DNA of 64,000 nucleotides, taken from the sequence record NC_111505.1; one strand, written 5' to 3'. Shown here piece by piece: positions 58,994 through 64,000 of this stretch. The translations under genes and the position numbers were made by a program. Origin of the DNA: a phage. The first letter of the stretch is position 1, and each line of letters opens with the position of its first letter. Below the pieces are notes generated by a model. It had not been told where the DNA came from and ran no database searches. It saw nothing but the letters and a program-made list of their open reading frames with translations.

Positions 58994-59997
58994 TATACCT
59001 CCTCAGTTTTGTCAACAACTCCACCTACTGTTTCCCCAAGACCAAGCTCTGTAGTGTAATCACCACCTTCTATGGTGCCCTTATGATGCACCGTGATCAC
59101 CTTATAGAAGCCTGTATATTGATTGCTTTTAAGATAAATAGTGGACTCTGGGAGGATAGCTCCGTTAAGGCATGTGGTTACAGTAAGGCCAACATCCTCT
59201 CTCGGGTTTTTCTTTTTCTTTTTAGATGTCGAACCACCTTTGGCAGCAGCTTTAGCTTTTCGTTTTTTAGCAGGTTCTGGGTTTTTAGGGGTAGGTGATC
59301 CGTGCATCCCAGACTCTGCACTTATTTCAAACACAGAGTCCTTGAACCTTTTTCCAACCTTGGTCCAATATAAAGCACCGTCCTGAACGCTGAATGTTGA
59401 GTTTGTCAGCCTTGCAAACCTGCGGAGGTTTTCTGCGGTGTTTCCGGAGAAAGCCATAGAGTATTGCAAAGTCTGGTTTCCAAAACCAACAACCCTACCT
59501 TTTGGCAAGTTCATATCCTTCAGCAGGTCATTAAGCACAGAGTTCAGAGGTGTGCCTTTCTGATAAGATCTTGTGCTCTGGCACTTAATGATGTTCTCAG
59601 TGCCATCCCCAAAGATGAACTTAGTTTTTCTGGTCGGACCTTCCCACCTGTCTTCAACAAACTCCACAGTTCCGGAGAATATCAACTGGTTCTCATTATC
59701 ATAGCCAGCTTCAAACATAACTGCAAGGGCATCAGCCTGATGCATATCCAGATAGTTAACTGTATCGTCAGACAGGTTGTAAACTGTCACATAGCCTTTG
59801 TTTGGCTCTTTGGTATTATCCTTTTGTATGTCAAACTCTATATTGGCAGCACCAGTGTCCGAGCTAATCTCATAAACTCCGGAATCACTCTCCCCTTTCT
59901 TTTCAACAGATTTTGGGATATTGGTTTTTGATTTGCCGCCATGTTCTACAGGACGACCAAATAGCAATCGCCATGTTCTACGTCTGTACTCTGCCAT
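58993..59997 (-). CDS. putative baseplate hub protein
   Basis: 334 aa; Lys-rich insert AKKRKAKAAAKGGSTSKKKKK; context. Confidence 0.35.
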   Translation of the reverse strand: MAEYRRRTWRLLFGRPVEHGGKSKTNIPKSVEKKGESDSGVYEISSDTGAANIEFDIQKDNTKEPNKGYVTVYNLSDDTVNYLDMHQADALAVMFEAGYDNENQLIFSGTVEFVEDRWEGPTRKTKFIFGDGTENIIKCQSTRSYQKGTPLNSVLNDLLKDMNLPKGRVVGFGNQTLQYSMAFSGNTAENLRRFARLTNSTFSVQDGALYWTKVGKRFKDSVFEISAESGMHGSPTPKNPEPAKKRKAKAAAKGGSTSKKKKKNPREDVGLTVTTCLNGAILPESTIYLKSNQYTGFYKVITVHHKGTIEGGDYTTELGLGETVGGVVDKTEEV

Positions 59998-60377
59998 TAT
60001 TCTAACCCTTGCTGTTCCTTGTAAAGATCAACTGGGGTACCGTATACAAGTTGCAGCTCAGATCTTGCTCCAAGGTTGTATCTTCCAACCCTTCCCCAAT
60101 ATTGATCGTCTTTAAACGACAGCACCATCAATCTACCTTTCGGTAAATCGTCTCTGTAATGCAGTCCGTCTAGAATATCTTGACAAGCTGTTACTTTTCT
60201 GGTTACTAAAGGACTGTCACCTACCGGACCAAGAGATAACCACCAGGACTCATCCCTCTCATTCCATTGCATACGCATTTCATACGTCTCATTGTCTAAA
60301 ACAACACGCATGGTTTGATCAGGAAAGCCGTCAATGTCCCACACAAAGGTGATTATGCACCAATCTTTAAGCTCCAT
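59997..60377 (-). CDS. hypothetical tail protein
   Basis: 126 aa. Confidence 0.4.
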   Translation of the reverse strand: MELKDWCIITFVWDIDGFPDQTMRVVLDNETYEMRMQWNERDESWWLSLGPVGDSPLVTRKVTACQDILDGLHYRDDLPKGRLMVLSFKDDQYWGRVGRYNLGARSELQLVYGTPVDLYKEQQGLE

Positions 60378-60389
60378 TACACGCTCCCC

Positions 60390-61301
60390 TTATTTTCCGT
60401 TAACTTTGTTGTAGTTCCCCTGCTCAGATGGGACTATGGTAGAAGGTCTTCCATATTCCTGATAATACCAATCCGCAGCAGATTGGGTAACACCGTTTTC
60501 ATCCGTCCACATCATAGATTTGTATGGCTGCCACTCTTCTGCAGCATTTGTGGATGCAGTGTCTGCAAATGCCCCTGTGTCCCTCTTGTTACCTACGTTA
60601 CTGCCATTCTTACAGTCGTTGACAGCACCTTTTTGCTGGGTCTTGCCCACTTTCTTAGGGTTGCTGTATACAGTTGCATTAACAACCTTGTTCAAGTAGA
60701 ATGTGCGGAACTCTGTAAGTTCTACATCAAACACCATCGCAGCACCTTCACCAACAGACTTGTTGGCAGAAAGGCTGGTTATGATGTAGTTCTCAAGGAG
60801 TCTCTCCTCGGTAACCAAAGAAACCAACTGGCGCTTATTAATGATCTCAGTCAAAGCCTCCAGTGCAGCGCCCGGTCGCATAGATGCTGCAGGGTTTTTA
60901 GAGTCAGTATTCCTGTCAATGTAGTTTTGCTCATAGATTATATGTGGTGATGTATTTACCCTACCAGTAAAAGAAAATACACCATCTTTAATTACAGCGT
61001 GGTCTGACAGGGTAGATTTATCTTCCACCGCAAAATCAGTCTTATCAACCGTATGTTTGAAAGAGTAGTTCTCAATCTGATCGAAGATGATGGCAAGATC
61101 GTTAGTAAAGTTTTTACCCTTCATCTCCGTATTGCGACCACCATAGTTAAGACCGCTGACAAACATAGTGTATTTTACATCGCTTTCAGTTTGCTGCTCT
61201 GCCTTTTCAGCCTTTGGAGATTTAACCTCTTGAGGCTTGTACAGGTCTTTTTCATCAACTATATTGCTTGGCATAACCTCTCCAGGACACTCCGATACCA
61301 T
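60390..61301 (-). CDS. hypothetical tail protein downstream of the tape measure gene
   Basis: 303 aa. Confidence 0.4.
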   Translation of the reverse strand: MVSECPGEVMPSNIVDEKDLYKPQEVKSPKAEKAEQQTESDVKYTMFVSGLNYGGRNTEMKGKNFTNDLAIIFDQIENYSFKHTVDKTDFAVEDKSTLSDHAVIKDGVFSFTGRVNTSPHIIYEQNYIDRNTDSKNPAASMRPGAALEALTEIINKRQLVSLVTEERLLENYIITSLSANKSVGEGAAMVFDVELTEFRTFYLNKVVNATVYSNPKKVGKTQQKGAVNDCKNGSNVGNKRDTGAFADTASTNAAEEWQPYKSMMWTDENGVTQSAADWYYQEYGRPSTIVPSEQGNYNKVNGK

Positions 61302-61340
61302 CTAAATATTGTATCATAAAATAGCCGTTTTTACAACACC

Positions 61341-61368
61341 GATAAAATAAAGGGGGCCGGAGCCCCCT
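61341..61368 (-). terminator. rho-independent terminator / attenuator
   Basis: AGGGGGC-CGGA-GCCCCCU + minus-strand UUUAUUUUAU after the tape measure gene. Confidence 0.45.
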
Positions 61369-61380
61369 GTGTGCTGTTTA

Positions 61381-63720
61381 TTACCAAAGATCTGTTGACA
61401 TAAAGTTAATATCTTTGTTATTCTCCCACTCAAGTTTTGCATCAAGTATTTTGCTAAACTCACCCTCATCTATTGAAATCGTGATTTTCCCATCGCTGAT
61501 CTCTAAAGGTAGCATTTCCATAGTTCTTAATTGAGAAGCAAAACCAGGACCACCCGGCAACGGAAGAGTTCCTCCCGGCAAGGTGTCCAAAGGATCAACA
61601 AATCCGTTACCTCCCGATATGATATCTTTGCGAATCATATCACTGATAGTATCCAGTTGCTGATTTCTCTCACTTAGCGGGTTGAAACGGTCATTAAATA
61701 ACTCCCCGGCACTTAATATTGTACCGATAATACCAAGCTTCCCAAGCAGGCCAACTCTACCACCAGGTGTCTTGAGGCCACCTCCCCCTTTTCCTGCCGC
61801 ACCACCACCAGATCCTTCTGTGGTAGCTGCACCTGCACCTGCTGCTCCAGCTGCGCCTCTTATAGAACTAAGGAATTTGAAGGTTTTTACAAGCATAGAT
61901 GCCATGACAAAACCTTTTGTCAGGGCGTTCACTACCAGCATGATGGCAGCAGCAAACCCTGCCCATTTAGCATAGCTAAAGGTGTCATTAAGCTCTTCAG
62001 AATATTCCTTCGTCTTAGCTGTTATGAATCCCCATTTAATCCCCCATTCAAGGAAAAACATGCGGATCTTGACTATGGTATTGTTTAGTTCGCCAACTAC
62101 CCAGTTGAGACCTCTCACAAAACCGCTAACAAAATCACCAGAGGCATCCCACACAAATTGCAAAGTCTCACCTGTGCGAATCAGTGTATAATAGAACTCT
62201 GTTAATTCATCAGCCCAACGGGTGAACAGCTTCTGACGAGATAGTTCGATGAAGGTTTTCAGTCTGTTTTCTGCCAGTACGTTAGACTTCTGCATTCTTT
62301 CATAACCAGCTGCAGATGCCTCGTTCATGTACTTAGCTACATACTTCATGATCTTGGCTGTCTTAACCTCACCTTTCTTCATCATGTCCATGAACTGATC
62401 CATGGATAGTTCAGAAAGACCAAAAGCCTCTTTGGTGGCTTTGATAAAAGGTTCGTATGCACCGGGCAATGCTTCAGCAAGTTGTTGCTTCAGTTCTTCG
62501 GACATTACCTGTCCTTTACCAAGCATTTGCTGGATTGCCATAATACCGCGCTGGTATTTTACCTCATCCGCACCATAAGCAGCAGCATACTGTGAGTATG
62601 CAGAGAATAGCTCATGCACTTCCTGATTTGTCATCTGGTTTTTGGCGTTTACCGCCATCTGGGCGTAACCTTGAAGACCAGATTTGAGATCAAAACCAAG
62701 ACGCATAGCCTCTTGCTGGACAAACGCAACCTCACTGTTGGCTTTGTTTGGATCTCCAGTAACAGCAGTAAGAGCAGCACTTGCCCCCTCCATCATGTGA
62801 CCAGATCTGTTCACAGCAGTAAATCCAGAGAAAGCCGTATACGCAGCTGTTGCATTAATAACAGATCTACGTAAGTCTCTCATGGCATCGCCTAGTGTAA
62901 GCGTTTGGCTGGTGGCGCTTTTAAATCCAGACTGCAGAGCTGACAGGTGGGCGTTAAAGGTTGACTTTTTCATCTCTCCGCGAGCAAACCTGGACTCTAA
63001 CTCTGAGTATCCTGGCAAGCTTCCACGGAATCCGGCTCCATACTTGGCAGAAAGTCTTATCGCAGAGTTGTAGAGGTGGGTTCTCCTTGCCTCACGATCA
63101 GACATAAGCTTATTATCCATACCAGCTTTACTGTCTCTTCTTAGCTGTCTATGATAACGATTCATAGCGGCTGTCTGAGCTTTCACAAGGTTAGGGTCGG
63201 AAGCCACACCACCCATATTAGGGTTACCTGGGATATACTTGAAAGATTTGGCATTAGCCAAAACTCTTGCCTTTGGTGCCTTATAACCGCCGTAAGACAC
63301 TGGTGTAGATTTGGCAGCCTTTTTGGCCTCTTTAGCTTGCTGCTGGTAGAACTTACGCATCCTGGCCATTTCTGGATTTTTAGCGGTAAGATTACCTACA
63401 GCCTGTTTACGTCTTGCGTTTTCCCTACGTTCTATTGCAGCCCTTACTGCAGCCTCTTTCTTGGCTTGTGCTACGCTCTCCCTGTGAAGTTTAGCATTTG
63501 CCTGAGATTGCTGTCTGGCAACCCGCTGCATTGTTTGCTGGGTTTTAACAGCCACTGCCTGCCATCTACTCATTGGGTTGGCTGAGTTAAAATCCTCGCC
63601 CAGTTTCCTGAACTCCCTCCCAATACTGCGAATTTTCTCTACAGCTTTTTTGTAGGAGGAGTTCTCTATCTCAAAGCCAATCTTGTTGACTGTTGTGGCA
63701 ACTATTTTGTTTGTAGCCAT
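61381..63720 (-). CDS. tail tape measure protein
   Basis: 779 aa, helical and K/A/Q-rich N-terminus; hydrophobic segments (WAGFAAAIMLVVNALTKGFVMASMLV); Gly-rich tract GAAGAAGAGAATTEGSGGGAAGKGGGG. Confidence 0.65.
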   Translation of the reverse strand: MATNKIVATTVNKIGFEIENSSYKKAVEKIRSIGREFRKLGEDFNSANPMSRWQAVAVKTQQTMQRVARQQSQANAKLHRESVAQAKKEAAVRAAIERRENARRKQAVGNLTAKNPEMARMRKFYQQQAKEAKKAAKSTPVSYGGYKAPKARVLANAKSFKYIPGNPNMGGVASDPNLVKAQTAAMNRYHRQLRRDSKAGMDNKLMSDREARRTHLYNSAIRLSAKYGAGFRGSLPGYSELESRFARGEMKKSTFNAHLSALQSGFKSATSQTLTLGDAMRDLRRSVINATAAYTAFSGFTAVNRSGHMMEGASAALTAVTGDPNKANSEVAFVQQEAMRLGFDLKSGLQGYAQMAVNAKNQMTNQEVHELFSAYSQYAAAYGADEVKYQRGIMAIQQMLGKGQVMSEELKQQLAEALPGAYEPFIKATKEAFGLSELSMDQFMDMMKKGEVKTAKIMKYVAKYMNEASAAGYERMQKSNVLAENRLKTFIELSRQKLFTRWADELTEFYYTLIRTGETLQFVWDASGDFVSGFVRGLNWVVGELNNTIVKIRMFFLEWGIKWGFITAKTKEYSEELNDTFSYAKWAGFAAAIMLVVNALTKGFVMASMLVKTFKFLSSIRGAAGAAGAGAATTEGSGGGAAGKGGGGLKTPGGRVGLLGKLGIIGTILSAGELFNDRFNPLSERNQQLDTISDMIRKDIISGGNGFVDPLDTLPGGTLPLPGGPGFASQLRTMEMLPLEISDGKITISIDEGEFSKILDAKLEWENNKDINFMSTDLW

Positions 63721-63739
63721 GCTTTCCTCATAATAAAAA

Positions 63740-63770
63740 GGGCCAGATCCCAGAAAAGGAATCCGGCCCT
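63740..63770 (-). promoter_or_regulatory. hairpin with U-run between chaperone-like gene and tape measure gene
   Basis: minus strand GGGCCGGAU...AUCUGGCCC with 12-nt loop, then UUUUU; possible attenuator. Confidence 0.3.
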
Positions 63771-63774
63771 TAGA

Positions 63775-64000
63775 TTATCCTCTCCTGCGTTTAGCTTTCG
63801 CAGCAGCTGCGGCAGCCTTCTGCTCCCGCTCCATTTCCCTGTTTTGGACGGTATCTAGGAATTCTTCGATATCAAGATACTCACAGAGCTTCAGGAAATA
63901 CGCCATATCTGCAAGATTTAGCGATTCAAAATTTTCCCCTTTGAAATTCTTGAGCACCCTGCACCAAAGAAAGTCGAACCAGTTGAGTGAACTGTTCTTG
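63775..64000 (-). CDS. putative tail assembly chaperone, 5' truncated by window end
   Basis: frame open from the window edge to stop at 63775; C-terminus ...EQKAAAAAAKAKRRRG; position directly upstream of the tape measure gene; track start 63957 is GTG and probably not the true start. Confidence 0.4.
   Translation of the reverse strand, partial: KNSSLNWFDFLWCRVLKNFKGENFESLNLADMAYFLKLCEYLDIEEFLDTVQNREMEREQKAAAAAAKAKRRRG

Noticed and set aside
63775-64000. Possible programmed frameshift between tail assembly chaperone frames upstream of the tape measure gene
   Set aside because: The frame of the 63775 ORF stays open to the window edge, so a single long ORF explains it; the alternative frame would need a +1 shift and no slippery heptamer is positioned correctly; upstream sequence is outside the window
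1-64000. tRNA genes, CRISPR arrays, integrase or attachment sites
   Set aside because: Intergenic space is minimal and nothing resembling cloverleaf-sized non-coding gaps, direct repeat-spacer arrays or a recombinase was seen by eye; a tRNA scan was not run, so small tRNAs are not formally excluded

Overview
This window reads as a contiguous piece of a tailed dsDNA phage genome, densely coding, with three transcriptional blocks. (1) 1-22.9 kb, minus strand: replication and early genes, including a T7-like family A DNA polymerase, a primase-helicase, a Dda-like helicase, an SSB-like protein, a GHKL ATPase, a MoxR-like AAA+ ATPase, a small C5-methyltransferase-like protein, a secreted SleB-like cell-wall hydrolase and a run of small paralogous genes. 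(2) 23.0-29.7 kb, plus strand: an accessory island of about 13 mostly small genes behind a near-consensus sigma70-type promoter, bounded by divergent promoters at 22.9 kb and a bidirectional terminator at 29.75 kb. (3) 29.8-64 kb, minus strand: tail morphogenesis genes, including a tape measure protein, a J-like central fibre, at least six fibre or tailspike genes, a lambda-Tfa-like chaperone and a fibre with a C-terminal intramolecular chaperone domain. The strongest observations are that the polymerase gene appears to carry both a LAGLIDADG intein and a candidate group I intron that splits motif C, and that a T7 homopolymer sits exactly where a beta-propeller ORF and a 1556-aa ORF change frame. 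All calls rest on reading the sequence and the supplied ORF track; no database search was run. Coordinates taken from the ORF track are exact; promoter, terminator and small-ORF coordinates that I derived by eye may be off by a few bases. No tRNA, rRNA or CRISPR array was seen.
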